DNA of 64,000 nt from Paraphysomonas bandaiensis (lineage: Eukaryota; Protista; Chrysophyceae), in the NCBI GenBank assembly GCA_965644295.1, contig CBFFRP010000173.1, forward strand, positions 1 through 64,000. Direction: 5' to 3'. Positions 37,176 to 50,390 of this stretch are shown piece by piece. Under the pieces are notes generated by a model. That model did not search any database and was not told the DNA's origin. It saw nothing but the letters and a program-made list of their open reading frames with translations. Positions within the stretch are counted from its first letter, which is position 1. The number at the start of each line of letters is the position of its first letter. Made by a program: the position numbers and the translations under genes.

Positions 37176-40100
37176 TTATTCTCCGGTACGTATAGCATAA
37201 GCCACCGGTAGAGTTTCACTGCAGACTTTGTTTTCTTCTGGGGCTGAGGGATTTGTATTGGCTATTGGGTTCAATACAGGTTTCTGCTCAGTTGGTTGGC
37301 CTGAACGCCTGTCCTGTACGCAGCAGAAAAAACAGAAGAAGCAAAATACACAAACTCCGCAAACTATGACAACAGGGAATACAATAATAACAATTGTATT
37401 GTTGTCAAAGGTGTCATCATCAGCATTAGGGTCATGCGGTAGCGAAGGCACGGTACTTGAAGAAATAGTGGGCACTGTGCTTGGAGAAGGAGTATCTATA
37501 GCAACAGTAGATCCGTACAGAACATAGCTCGATCCCGCAGAATCAAGTCCACTAGGATCAGCCTGCCCTGCACCAATTACCAAGTCAGGAGCACGATCGC
37601 CATTAATATCAGTACCAAAGCTGACAGCAGAACCAGTATTATCCCCACTTTGTAAGCCGTTGATGACAAGTCCTGTAGAAACGTCTAAGCTGTTCAAATA
37701 AAATGTACCGTTTCGCTGCATATCAAGACTATCGTATAGGACATATACAGCACCAGTTGACTCTCCATGTGAATCAGCGTTAGGAGACCCAATAACAACA
37801 TCATTCCTCGGACCACCACCAAAATTCCCATTGGCAACAACTGTTGTTCCACTGTGATCATAATCTGCACAGCCAATAATTACATAACTGGCGTTATTCA
37901 CGCTTGGTATTTCGTCACCCACTTCCATCGTATGCCACCCGTACATAAGATAGGTTGCACCGTTCTCAATAAATCCGTTGTTCGACGAATGTGGCGCTCC
38001 AATAGCAATATCATTATAACCATCGTCATTTATATCCCCCGCTGCGCTGACAGAGTGTCCAAACCTATCTTCTGGTTTCTCTCCATAAAGAATCCAACCA
38101 TTGCTTCCATCCAACGCTGCTGCATCTATCGACCTATTAGTTCGATGTCCTCCGAATATAACGTACACCGCACCAGACCTGTAGGCACTGGGTGCCCCAA
38201 CTGCCAGGTCTTCGAAGCCATCTCCATTCATATCGCCCACAGATGATAAAGAGAACCCAGTTTCATCACCAGCCGCAATGCCATCAATCACAAACCCACG
38301 GCATTCACTTAAATTAGATAGCATTATCATATTTGAGGCAGCGATATCATTTCCACCAAACAAAATATATACAGAACCACTCTGGTTGTTTCCGCCTTTA
38401 ATTGCACCGATGGCAATGTCGTCAAAACCATCCGCATTAATGTCACCAGCTGAGCCCACAGCGTATCCCATCATTTCGTTGTCAGTAACGCCTTCAATAA
38501 CAAGCCCATCCATGCTGTCAACAGTCACTACCCCACTGCTTCCAACAGCACTTCCACCAAATATTACGTATGCCATTCCAGCAGATCCAGCATTCGGCGC
38601 ACCAATAATGACATCATCAAAGCCGTCGCCATTACAGTCTGTGAACCCAACCGAAAATCCGAAGTTATCAGCAACACCCATACCATCTATAACAAACCCT
38701 GTTTGACCATCAATGTAACTGTCATCGAATTCAGGATCACTTGTTTGACCACCAAATATAATAGTGACTGATCCTCGCGTCGTTGAGTTCCCAGGAGAAC
38801 CCACAACAATATCCGCCATTCCATCACCATTAATATCTCCATTGCAGCTGATGGCATAACCACTCTGAGATCCCGCTGTATTTCCATCAAATACAAAGCC
38901 ATTGTTACCGTTTAATTCGCTCAAATCGCATGCTCCCCCAGTGCATATGTGCTGTGTAGGTGATAAAGATGGCATGTGCGTGTGGCCAGAATAAACGTTA
39001 AACAAGATAGACGTTGCGCCTGTACTTTCGGAATTTATCGAAGTCACCACTACATCAAGTTGTCCGTCAGCATTCATATCTCCAACACCAGCCACAGCAT
39101 ATCCGCTATTGTCATCTGCAGCAGCACCGTTGATAGAAAATCCACTACTTCCATCGAGCTGACTGACGTAATAAACACCACTGGTTACACTATTTACAAA
39201 TACCACATAGCTCGTGCCTTCATTATCTGAGTATGGGTCTGCATACGGTGCTCCCGCAACAATATCATCAACACCGTCATGATTAATATCACCAGCACAG
39301 CTCACCGAGTACCCTAAACCGTCATAATAATCAATGCCATATATAATAAAGCCATCTGGGCCAGATAGCGCACTCATAGAAACTGCGCCAGTGCTTCCAA
39401 TTGATGGGCTACCGTACATGACATACACTGCTGATGCTCCAAGCACAATATCATTGATACCATCGCCATTGACATCACAGCCAGTAACGGATTCGACAAC
39501 ATGTGAACACGATGATTTAAACCCATCTGATCCGTCTAGGTCCGCTACTCGGATGATTCCAGCGTCCACACCGGTACCTCCAAGGAAGCTAGAGCCAAAT
39601 ATTACACAGTCATCAACGTACACATCATCGTAGCCGTCATTATTTACATCACCAATACTATTTAAAGGGTAGCCAAAAAGGTTTGACGAACCAACAATTG
39701 TTATGCCATTTGTGCCATCAAAATTTTCCAGCACAAGTACACCTGCATCGCCCACAGAGGAGCTGCCATAGACTACGAAAGCCACCTCTAACGCAGGTAG
39801 TCCAATCATAAAGTCATCGAAACCATCACCATTTATATCACCCGCCTTTCCTTGATATCGGCCTATATTCAATGAATCCGTTGCACCGTCGGGAGCAACA
39901 ATAACGAATCCGTTTTTTCCATCTAAAGTTGTGACGTCAAATACTCCATTGCTACCGATAGAACTTCCTCCAAATATAACGTAACTTTCACCCATATTAG
40001 AAGCAGCATATGGGGCACCTATAACTAAATCATTAAAGCCATCACCGTTGATATCGCCAGCACCACACACGGTGTACCCGCCCTCACCACCACTATCGAA

Positions 40101-43100
40101 CCCTAGTATGGTAAAGCCATTTATTCCATTGAGCGTATTTAATGACTGAACTGCAGTATTTCCTAGAGAACTGGAGCCAAATATGACATAACTACAACCG
40201 GAATTGCTTGTAGAAGCAAATGGTGCACCAATAATTAAGTCTGGTAGCCCATCACCATTGATATCACCAAGTGCACTTACAGAATACCCACTTTGGTCAC
40301 TGTTTCCCTCGCCCATCCATGTCATCCCATCCACACCATCCAACTCATCAATATCAACAGGGTTGACAAAATGAATCGCAGGAAAGGATGGAGAAAGTGT
40401 CAGTGGCTCCAGTGTCGGTACAGGAGAGTAGTTGGGAGACTCTGTTTGTGGCGGTGTAGATGTACAAAATATTAAATATACTGCGCCACGATCATTGTTT
40501 GCATATGACGCTGCAGTCACAACATGTGACCCCACCCCAAGCACCTGAGAGCCAGAATTATCACCATCATCAACGCCGTTCATCGTAAAGCCGTTGGAGC
40601 CATCAATATCCCCTAGACGAAATTGGCCACTCGGTACAGATACTGCAAATATCGCAGCTGTTTCACCAACATTCTCATCATCGCCGATATCCTGGTACGG
40701 AAGGCCAAGAATGAAGTCAGCAATACCATCATGATCGATGTCACCAGCACAGCTGGTGGCCTTGACAAATCTCGCTTCAATTATAAATCCATCTTGACCA
40801 GATAAGGTGTCTAAATCGACTAATCCACTACTTCCCACGCCATCCCCACCGAAAAGCACATACGTCCTCTCCGAACTGCTACCACCATCCGCCACAATGA
40901 TATCAAAGCTGCCATCTCCGTTTACATCACACCCACCGGCCACGGACGAAATTATATTATACAATCCGCAGCTTATTCTAAAACCATTGGTTCCATCTAG
41001 ATCTGCCAATTCAAAGTAACCAAATTGAAATCCACTCCCAGCGATATCTGGTGCACCAAATATAATATAAACATAACTATTCGATAGCCCAAATAAAATG
41101 TCATCATACCCATCTCCATTGAAGTCGCCTGCTGTATCTATATGAAAATCATTGTCGCATCCACCACAGTGGTGGCCAGACTCGATAACAAAACCATTGT
41201 AACCATCAATATCATCAATATATAACAAGCCAGTTCCTCCTACAGCCTCGCCCCCAAATACGACATACAGATTTGCGTTTTCGCAATCGCAGGTAAACAT
41301 AATATCATTGTATCCGTCACCGTTGACATCGCCAGCCCTACTAACTCTATATCCAATATCACCCAAAGAGCTTCCGCGTATAGTGAATCCATTTGACCCA
41401 TCAAGAGTGTTTAAATATACAACACCAGAACTGCCAACAAAAGTGCCACCGAACAACACATAAACTTCCCCTGACGACGACACACCGTTTGGATCGGCAT
41501 AAGGTGCCCCGATAAGTATATCATCAAACCCATCCCCATTTACATCACCAGTACCACTCACCGTCCACCCACAAGCGTTAGCGTTGTTCACACCCCGGAT
41601 AACATATCCGTTGCTGCCGTCCAGATCGGACAATGACATAGACGAAATGGACGTGAGGCTTTCTTGACCGAGTACGACATACACAGCACCCTCGTCGTTG
41701 GCATAAGGAGATCCAATCAGTATATCAAGCTCACCATCACCGTTAACATCCGCTGTCCCGAGAGCATAACCTGCCTTGTCGCCACTGCTCTCTCCGTTAA
41801 TCGTAATACCTTCACCGGCTTGCATAGATTGCAGCTCCAACGGGTTTGTGCACTGCAACAAAGAATCGGCAGTTGGGGAAAAAGTATCATCTGTAGTTGG
41901 TGTAGCTGTAACCTGCGTTGTGGGAGGGACTGTATTCTGCAGGTCTGACGTGCAATAAATTAAATACGACTCTCCTTTTCCATCATTAGCGTTATACGCT
42001 GTTATCAGGACATCGTCGAGGAGGTCACCGTTGACATCACCCACACCAGCCACTACCCATCCCGAGTAGTCGTAAGAATTAACCCCATATATGGTATATC
42101 CGTTCCCCCCATTTATTCCATCTAACGAAATCACTCCATTCTCATCGTACCCACTAAATATTACATACGTCTCGCCCTCGTAAGTACTGTGGGGGGCTGC
42201 CGTGTAGGCCCCAATTAAGATATCATCTAAACCATCTAAATTCATGTCACGCGCACAGCTGACAGAATTTCCAACTGATCCACCTGTTCCTTCTATAATT
42301 AACTGCTCTTCACTCGTGAGTTCGTTGACATCTATACTTCCTGTGTTTCCTACTTCCCCCCCTCCGTATATCACGTGCACAGTGTTGGTAGTTATATCCC
42401 CAGCGACAATATCGTGATTGCTGTCGCCATTCACATCACATCCCCCAGATATGGACGATACATCCATGCCCCCAATTGTGAACATGTCTAGATCATGTAC
42501 AATGCAGTTACCTGAGGTGCACATATCACCTGATCCAAACACCACGAGTGTTTCATCATTTCCAACAATAGCTATGTCATCGTAGCTATCGCTGTTTATA
42601 TCTCCTACTGAAGACACGATGAAACCAAAGTTATAATCATCTCCCACGACGTTAAATCCATCAGATCCATTAAGGCTATTAACGAGAAGCGCACCGGACG
42701 ACCCGACATTCTCTCCACCATACACAACAGTCAGTGTTTTGGCCGAGGGAGCAGATATATACAAATCACTATAGCCGTCGTTGTTGACATCCCCACTGCT
42801 ACTGCTATATCCCAAATGCCCACCAGTAGTTGAACCGCGGATTATAAATCCATTCACACCATTGAGGGTACTAGTGTATAAAGATCCACCACTCCCCACT
42901 TCGGGTCCGCCAAATATGACGTAGGCTTCCCCAGCACCTGCCACTCCTGCTGGGTCAGCATCGGGGCCACCAATCAACACGTCGTCAAAACCATCCCCAT
43001 TGACATCACCAGCACCACTCACAGACCACCCGATATTCTCATACCCATCAGCACCGTATACTCTGAAGCCATTCGATCCGTCCAAGTCACGCAGAGAGAG

Positions 43101-43388
43101 TGTGAGTGTATCTGTCAGATGCGACCCTCCAAATACGATATACGTAGAAGTACCATAACAGTTACTGCACCGGTCAGATCCGAGCACAATATCATTGACT
43201 CCGTCCCCGTTAATGTCGCCTAATGAGCTGGCAGAGTACCCCGAATAGCTGAAGTATCCTTCCAGCACAGTGCCCTCTCCTGTCTGGAGATATGACAGCT
43301 CTAGAGGGCTAGAGCAGATGCTTCCGGTGGTCCTCACTGCTGATGAGATGAGCAGGAGCAATGAGAGCAACATGGTGATTGTTCGCAT
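37176..43388 (-). CDS. Intronless 2070-aa type I membrane protein with about four FG-GAP (integrin-alpha-like) beta-propellers
   Basis: Signal peptide. Many G.SVS..GDxNGDG.DD..IGAP...G..YVIFG blades in four modules separated by P/S/T linkers. TM IVIIVFPVVIVCGVCVFCFF and a short tail. Confidence 0.93.
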   Translation of the reverse strand: MRTITMLLSLLLLISSAVRTTGSICSSPLELSYLQTGEGTVLEGYFSYSGYSASSLGDINGDGVNDIVLGSDRCSNCYGTSTYIVFGGSHLTDTLTLSLRDLDGSNGFRVYGADGYENIGWSVSGAGDVNGDGFDDVLIGGPDADPAGVAGAGEAYVIFGGPEVGSGGSLYTSTLNGVNGFIIRGSTTGGHLGYSSSSGDVNNDGYSDLYISAPSAKTLTVVYGGENVGSSGALLVNSLNGSDGFNVVGDDYNFGFIVSSVGDINSDSYDDIAIVGNDETLVVFGSGDMCTSGNCIVHDLDMFTIGGMDVSSISGGCDVNGDSNHDIVAGDITTNTVHVIYGGGEVGNTGSIDVNELTSEEQLIIEGTGGSVGNSVSCARDMNLDGLDDILIGAYTAAPHSTYEGETYVIFSGYDENGVISLDGINGGNGYTIYGVNSYDYSGWVVAGVGDVNGDLLDDVLITAYNANDGKGESYLIYCTSDLQNTVPPTTQVTATPTTDDTFSPTADSLLQCTNPLELQSMQAGEGITINGESSGDKAGYALGTADVNGDGELDILIGSPYANDEGAVYVVLGQESLTSISSMSLSDLDGSNGYVIRGVNNANACGWTVSGTGDVNGDGFDDILIGAPYADPNGVSSSGEVYVLFGGTFVGSSGVVYLNTLDGSNGFTIRGSSLGDIGYRVSRAGDVNGDGYNDIMFTCDCENANLYVVFGGEAVGGTGLLYIDDIDGYNGFVIESGHHCGGCDNDFHIDTAGDFNGDGYDDILFGLSNSYVYIIFGAPDIAGSGFQFGYFELADLDGTNGFRISCGLYNIISSVAGGCDVNGDGSFDIIVADGGSSSERTYVLFGGDGVGSSGLVDLDTLSGQDGFIIEARFVKATSCAGDIDHDGIADFILGLPYQDIGDDENVGETAAIFAVSVPSGQFRLGDIDGSNGFTMNGVDDGDNSGSQVLGVGSHVVTAASYANNDRGAVYLIFCTSTPPQTESPNYSPVPTLEPLTLSPSFPAIHFVNPVDIDELDGVDGMTWMGEGNSDQSGYSVSALGDINGDGLPDLIIGAPFASTSNSGCSYVIFGSSSLGNTAVQSLNTLNGINGFTILGFDSGGEGGYTVCGAGDINGDGFNDLVIGAPYAASNMGESYVIFGGSSIGSNGVFDVTTLDGKNGFVIVAPDGATDSLNIGRYQGKAGDINGDGFDDFMIGLPALEVAFVVYGSSSVGDAGVLVLENFDGTNGITIVGSSNLFGYPLNSIGDVNNDGYDDVYVDDCVIFGSSFLGGTGVDAGIIRVADLDGSDGFKSSCSHVVESVTGCDVNGDGINDIVLGASAVYVMYGSPSIGSTGAVSMSALSGPDGFIIYGIDYYDGLGYSVSCAGDINHDGVDDIVAGAPYADPYSDNEGTSYVVFVNSVTSGVYYVSQLDGSSGFSINGAAADDNSGYAVAGVGDMNADGQLDVVVTSINSESTGATSILFNVYSGHTHMPSLSPTQHICTGGACDLSELNGNNGFVFDGNTAGSQSGYAISCNGDINGDGMADIVVGSPGNSTTRGSVTIIFGGQTSDPEFDDSYIDGQTGFVIDGMGVADNFGFSVGFTDCNGDGFDDVIIGAPNAGSAGMAYVIFGGSAVGSSGVVTVDSMDGLVIEGVTDNEMMGYAVGSAGDINADGFDDIAIGAIKGGNNQSGSVYILFGGNDIAASNMIMLSNLSECRGFVIDGIAAGDETGFSLSSVGDMNGDGFEDLAVGAPSAYRSGAVYVIFGGHRTNRSIDAAALDGSNGWILYGEKPEDRFGHSVSAAGDINDDGYNDIAIGAPHSSNNGFIENGATYLMYGWHTMEVGDEIPSVNNASYVIIGCADYDHSGTTVVANGNFGGGPRNDVVIGSPNADSHGESTGAVYVLYDSLDMQRNGTFYLNSLDVSTGLVINGLQSGDNTGSAVSFGTDINGDRAPDLVIGAGQADPSGLDSAGSSYVLYGSTVAIDTPSPSTVPTISSSTVPSLPHDPNADDDTFDNNTIVIIVFPVVIVCGVCVFCFFCFFCCVQDRRSGQPTEQKPVLNPIANTNPSAPEENKVCSETLPVAYAIRTGE

Positions 43389-44948
43389 ATGTGTGTATAT
43401 ATGGCTGTATGTATCATGTAGGTGTGTATCTTTACTGGTACAGTCCGCAACAGGTCCACCGTATCGGCAGTCAACATCTTATTTTTTCGGAGATATATTG
43501 AAGCAAATATTCTTTATATTACTGAAGTGTAACTACGTATGGAATACAGATAATTGTTGTCTCAATAATAGAGGCATCTTGGAACAAAAATATACAAAGG
43601 ATGCCGATACGACTCTGTATGGTATACCGTATTCCGTACACGTCTACAGCTGTATCATGTACTCGTATCTTGTCATATAAAAGATGGTGTACCTCTCTAT
43701 GCACTTATCCAAAGATGAGGTACACCGTATACAGTATCCATCATATGGTACACGGTATGCGGTATACGGTACAGGTATACAGCACTGCTTATACATGCTG
43801 CGACACGAAGATCCTGGCCATGAGGATGCTCTGCAAGGACACGTACAGACATATCTGTATCAGTGCGTCGTCCTTGCTGGTAACATGCACATAATGTTTG
43901 CGAGTAAGAATAGGTCTGATGACTTGCTCTAACAGTATGCGGCTGTGGCGCTCTGCTTGCAGATGGTATCTATATATCGACTAGTTCCTACTGCATCACA
44001 ATATCAGCTGTGTACAGGGTATAAACAGCAGTTGCAGGTGTGAGGTCTTAACAGTGTGTATGGTAGATCATCGGTTGCACACAGGAGCCCACATATATCG
44101 TTGCTTCAAGAATGGCATCAAGAGTTACAGAATTGACACATTCATAATAAGTATGAGGGATTCTTCCATCAACTCGTCGATACACTTTCATAGATCGGTA
44201 CGGCGAATACTAACAGTCCTCATGTCACTCTTCATCATTAAACCCGTGTACCTGGATAAAGGTTCATAGAATGCTAGTGCTCCTACTTCCCATGCTGTGA
44301 AGACTGAAAGCTAAGTAATTTATCAGGATATAGCCGCAAGGCATAATCGTAATCTTCACTTTCAATATGAACGCATAGCTAATTTTTTCATCGTACGCAA
44401 ACGTATGCATCCTACTATGCTTAATATGATTCTGCTTTGGAAACTGGCAAATTTGGTCTGATTGTTTCAATTAATTTGAATGATGTTAGTGACGACATTA
44501 AAAATTGCGATCAAAATGAAGCCACATATGGTGGATATGGGTTGCCCCATGCTGAGAGCGTGCCCTAGTGTAGTACTAGTGTGACAAAACTAAGCAATGC
44601 ACTAATATTTATTATATTCCCGGCGTATTCTTTGTATGTGATGCCAAGCTAGCTCCAGCTGTTTCTAAAATGTATTTAGTAGGCTGTCTATACACATTTA
44701 CGAAAAATCCCGCCCTTTCTAGGGTAAAGCAATGCGCTGCTAGGCCTTCGCCTATAAAATTAGGGAAGATTATAATAAATATAATAAACAATATATCACG
44801 TTATCTCTACTACCACTCATTTCTAGTACGATCTTATATCGTCACTATCCTCTCATATGGTCAATATATATTTAGTTCTCATTACTTCTCATAATATAGT
44901 TAACCACTACTGTATTCTCCAGTAACCGTCATAATTCCAATATCTTAA

Positions 44949-45092
44949 AATTACAGCTTTTAATTGCTTAAACAGCAAAACTCAACACTCCCTCTCAATT
45001 CAAAGCTGTACATTGAATTGTCAAACCACGAGACATAACTGATGGGTAGAATTACAGCCCGCTTTTAATTGCTCCAACGGCAAAACTCAACA
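44949..45092. repeat. Imperfect direct repeat, about 40 bp x2
   Basis: aattacagc..ttttaattgct..aac.gcaaaactcaaca occurs at 44949 and 45050. Confidence 0.7.
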
Positions 45093-45629
45093 TATGGCAC
45101 TGTGGCTACACTGTAGTAATGGGGCATGGATTTAATGAAAGTACTTGAAAGTTGTCAAGGCTTATGGTTTTTTTGGTAATGTGCTCTTAAAATGTATTTC
45201 TAAAATGAAGTATGTAACTAGCTATATCCCTGTAATTAGCTGTACACAGAATTCGACACCATTAAATAAGCCGATCTAATGACTCATTTTCTTGTGTAAA
45301 CATTGTTATCCACTGTAGGAGCTAACCAAACCAATTTTTCATCTACTTGATATGTAACGTCGCCATTACACAACCGTATCAGAGACTTTTCACTTCTAGT
45401 GCATAAGCATAACTCACTTCACTCTTTAAAAAGTTTGTGATGTGCACGCCGGTTACAGTTATTAGCAATATAACATCATAAGATAAGAGCAACTAACTAG
45501 CAATTATATGACGCAGAGCAGACTATGACTGCTGCTGTTTCATCTTGAATCAATTCAAAAAAAATGAAACAATAAAGGCGTGAACATCAGCCAGCTCTGT
45601 AGCGCCGAGCTCTTACATGTAGTCCTCCT

Positions 45630-47284
45630 CTAATGGTGTCCACTCTTGCTCTCCTCTGCCCCGGCATCAGGCTTGCCGCCAGCAGAGCGGCGGGGGTAGT
45701 ACTTCTCTCTGAGTTTGTGGTCAATCTTTCCAAGAAGATTCTGAGGAAAGGTTCTGAGGAGGTCCCAGGCAAGATCCAGACTCTCGAAAACGTCTCTGTT
45801 CTGGTATGGTCCCTGAGCAATGAATTTGCCCTGTACATCACGAGTGGGTAAAATGAGAACAGAAATATAGTCAATTAAGATTCATACCTCAAACTTCTCC
45901 ACGAATTTGATGAAAAGGTGATCCTCCAGAGACAGAGCTTCCTCTCCAACGACAGCTTTCATAGCCATAACATCTTTGCCTCTCGCGTAGGAAGCATACA
46001 GCTGGTTGGAGACAGCACCATGGTCATCACGGGTCATGCCCTTACCGATAGCAGACTTCATCAGACGAGACAAAGATGGAAGAACATTAATGGGAGGGAA
46101 AATTTCCTTAGTGTGGAGCTTTCTGTCCAGGTAGATCTGGCCCTCAGTGATGTACCCAGTGAGATCAGGAATAGGGTGGGTGATATCGTCATTAGGCATT
46201 GTAAGGATCGGCAGCTGTGTAATAGACCCGTTTCTCCCAACAATACGACCAGCTCTCTCATATATGGTCGAGAGATCGGTATACATATAACCTGGGTAGC
46301 CTCTGCGTCCAGGAACCTCTTCTCGTGCAGCAGATACCTCACGCAAGGCGTCGGCGTAAGAAGACATGTCTGTCAGAATACAGAGCACATGCAGGTCACG
46401 CTCGTAGGCCAAGTATTCTGCAGTGGACAGAGCAAGACGAGGGGTGATGATGCGCTCGATAGTAGGGTCATCAGCAAGATTGAGAAATAGGGCTGTTCGC
46501 TGCATGGCGCCAGACTCCTCAAAGTCGTTACGGAAAAATCTACTCGTTTCCATGTTTACACCCATGGCACCAAATACAATAGCGAAGTTGTCTTCATGCC
46601 CATCCAAGGTGTCCTTAAGCCTAACCAAAGAGGCTTGGCGACAGATCTGCGCCGCGACTTCATTGTGAGGAAGACCAGCAGCGGAAAAAAGTGGAATCTT
46701 CTGACCACGGGCAATAGAGTTCATGACATCGATAGCGGAGATACCAGTCTGAATCATGGCCTTGGGATAATCGCGGCTGGAAGGATTAATTGGCATACCC
46801 ATGATATCCAAGTAATCTTCAGCAAGAACCGGAGGTGCACCATCAATCTGTTTTCCTGAGCCATTAAAAGCTATAGAGAAATACAGATAAGAAGTAGTTG
46901 CAAAACGCCAAAACACTTACATCTACCAAGCATCTCCTCCGAAATAGGCATCTTCAAAACATCTCCAGAAAATTTGCACCGGGTATGAGTGTTATCGATT
47001 CCTGAGGTTCCCTCGAATATCTGTACAACTGCTTTCTTTCCAGCAACCTCAAGAACCTGACCGGATCTGACCTCACCATTACCAAGAGTGACGTTAACGA
47101 TCTCGGCGTATCTGGGCTTCTTGACATTCTCTAAAATGACGAGAGGACCATTGACACCAGCGATGGTTCTATACTCCAACTTGGGGTCGACACTGTAGTC
47201 TCTGATAGCAGCTGCTGCGTTGATCTGAGCAGCAGTCATGCCGGAGCCACCTGTCATAAAAGCGGGATCGTTGAACGCAGACAT
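45630..47284 (-). CDS. ATP6V1B: V-type proton ATPase subunit B, 3 exons
   Basis: [70 protein letters not shown]. The last exon reads [19 protein letters not shown]-stop. Confidence 0.97.
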
Positions 47285-49899
47285 CTGTATGCAGCGAGGT
47301 GAGGCAGTCAGAGGGAACATCAGTGTATTCAACTACCTTTTTTCTTTTCTATGGGTCGAGCAATGGGATGGATATAACTTCTATATTCGTGTATGATATA
47401 TGCTACACTTGAGATGTATGTGTATATATGTGGATGGATGTACAGTATATTACTATGGTACTGTACATGCATACAGCAGCAGTACAGTGCAATGAGAATC
47501 CATGTCATCAAAAACACCCCCAAGATATGACATATACATACATACATATACGTATACCTCTGCACTATTATAGAGCACCGCCACATATGAAGCTGATTTT
47601 TTTCTCATATGCCGATTGACGTATCTTCAATCATCACATTTCAGTTTTCGCCTGGTTTTGATATGGCTGATTTCGACATCAGAATTCCAACTATCCACAC
47701 TCCCAAAATATCGTGGATGAAAATTCCTCCAAGAGAAGGAAAATGTGAAAACCCAGGATTTTCCTATAAATGTGAATATTCATGCCACGATATGCAGAGT
47801 ATTGTAGAGGAGTGTCCATAGCTCTGAAAGATAGAGACGATAGTCATGATCAGTACTTAGAAATTTAGGAGAGGTGAGTCACATGCTGTCTCAAAGCTTC
47901 CCTAATGATCAGTAATCTGCAGAGCCTCTTCAAGGATGTTGTATTCTCATACGCGTATAGGATTGCTATGACACTGATGAGCGTTACTGTAACGAAGTAC
48001 TAGATTATTCCTGTGACATTAGTGTGGCATGTTACTCTCGATGTAGTTATATAGAGCATTATTGGAGCTCTCTTGTGATTGAACACTTCTGTTCTCCAGG
48101 TAAAGGATTCAGTAATATGACTTTGCTGTTGAGAGGATATTGATTATTACTGTTGCTTTGAGAGCTACAAAGGCACAGATGGTGCTGAAGGATATGAACC
48201 TACTCTGGGGGTGGTCTGTACCACGTGGAGCAAAAACTAATATGATGTTGATTAGCAATGTCAAGAACTATTTTGTTGGGTTTATCATAGACCTGCTAAT
48301 ATGGATCGAAGGTTAACAAAGGTGAGGAAAATAAACTCAAGACTAACTTCGAAAGCTGAGTCAGTATTCATGCAGTTTTCAAAGATTCCATCGGACGATT
48401 CGAAATCAATAGAGAGTTATGCTGTCGATGTGCAATTTTTGCTATTAATCAAAGATACAAACAGTTTATTCACTCAGTCATATCACAGACTTGAATTGAA
48501 AGTGCTATTAAGGAGCGTGACGAATGTCATATAAGCAGTTAGGACGGAAGATATTTACAACAGGCGCGAAACCGAATCGTTCTGCTATACTGGGAGCGTT
48601 ATACAACCCTACACACATATATAGTTTTGCAACGTACTGTGGTGATGCATATGTCGTGACTATATCGTTTCTTCAGTACGCTCGAAAAGGCCTACCGTGT
48701 TTCCAGTTTAGACTACAGTCAGTGTGAAGTAATACCAGGTTCTGCTTATCAAGGAGTCCCTGAAAAGCAAACTGACATGGATTTCCTTGCTTTATCAGTA
48801 TTTAGTCACAGGTTTAGTGGCCATATAACTCTGATATTGCAACCATGGTAGCTGTACTGTCAAGTATTAATGAAACTGCAACCGTGTTTTCTCTTCTTTT
48901 TTCTACCATCGCTGGAAAGGCAAGGCAACGCCTGAATATGCTTTTTAGAACAACCTACTGAAGGTGTTTGCCAGGTCAAACAGTTATGTGCACTTGGAAC
49001 GTCGATTTTTATGATAATATACAACTTCCCGATTGTTAGCACAAAACATATACGGTGCCAAAGATAACATCTGATAAAACAGGTTAATAACACCGTCCTT
49101 TATTATAACGCTGTTGAGTTTTGCTTTTTTACTATCTGTTACGATGTAATCCTACAAAATACATGTGTACCCGAATGCCAGGCTTGGCTAACAATTAATT
49201 GAAGTGCCTATTAAATTATTGTTTAAATAATGATAATTGGAATTAAAGCTGGTAAATGTGGCTGGCTTAATAGCTAATAGCTGCTTAAGATGTATAGCAA
49301 CTGATCATAGGTACAAACATACAAACCCATTATCTGTTCGCATAGAAGCTGGATGCAAAGTCACTTTATCATTTTATAAGTCACAGTTATGTGACAGCAT
49401 AAGTATAGAAAAGATCTAATTATAACATGAGAGAACTACTGTATTTAGATATCTACCACTTTAGACTAGTAGTAACACGGATTACTAAATACTCAGTTGT
49501 CTCGGGACTGCTTGTGCATTGCTGCAAGCACGTTGGTCAACTATCCCTTGTATTGGACTTTTAGTCCGGTGGTCTTCCTTTGGGTAATGTTTCTGGCGGT
49601 CCGGAGCCACATGTGAGCCGGGATGTGGAGGGGGAGGTGTTGATTCGTGAGTGTGAGTCGGTGACAGACGGTCTAGGATTTCCAGTCGTGTCGGGGATTC
49701 GTTCAGTGGTGAGGATCGTTTGCTTCCGGACCGGGTTTGCAGGCCTGCGTTGGGAGCATGTGACAGCATATAAGGGTCAGTATACGCTTTAACCTCAGCA
49801 CACAAGAAAGAACACATGTCAAAGATCGTTGACAAATAACAAACTGGGCATACATAGCAGAAGCTGATTGCTATATTGCTTCAACGGCTTCGAAATATA

Positions 49900-50390
49900 G
49901 TGGCGTAAATGACGTTGTGTATCCGTTGGGGGTTGACGACTACCATCAGACAGACGAACAATAATAAACTAGAATCATTGGATAGCAATGCTTATCATTA
50001 TGTATTCAACAAGATGGCATCGGATGAACCAAATTCCACCTGGGTACAGACGCGGACATTGTTTGAAATGCAGATTCGAGAAAGAAGTACTCAACATTCA
50101 GCGTGGTGTGGAAGAAGAAAATGCACAGGTGCAACCGTTTTTGATAAACCTGCTACCTGCACAGGAAGGTAACCTCGATGAAGTGAAAGAGGATGATGAG
50201 GAAAACGAAGCCACTCTTTTACAGAAGGGCAACCAAAAGCGCAAGAAAGCATGCATCAAACGATGTCATCGCATGAAGCATTTGTATAGCACTATCAATG
50301 TTTGTGATAGATAGTTTAGCAGAGCTAAGATTGTTGAAAAAATGATGTTTCTGCGTGCTAATCGGCATATTTGGGATGAGGTTATAACAC
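49900..50390 (+). pseudogene. hAT-like transposase relic 2
   Basis: RFEKEVLNIQRG..VQPFL, STINVCDR*FSRAK, EKMMFLRANRHIWD, with an in-frame stop and deletions. Confidence 0.7.

Noticed and set aside
37176-43388. True integrin alpha subunit
   Set aside because: It lacks thigh/calf domains and the GFFKR motif, and has several propellers rather than one.
45918-46859. Plus-strand ORFs overlapping V-ATPase B, and similar antisense ORFs over the LINE and FG-GAP gene
   Set aside because: Antisense shadows of real coding sequence with no independent motifs.
48301-49093. Possible MULE/SWIM transposase relic (KGLPC)
   Set aside because: Only a 4-5 residue resemblance; the other Cys/His ligands are missing.
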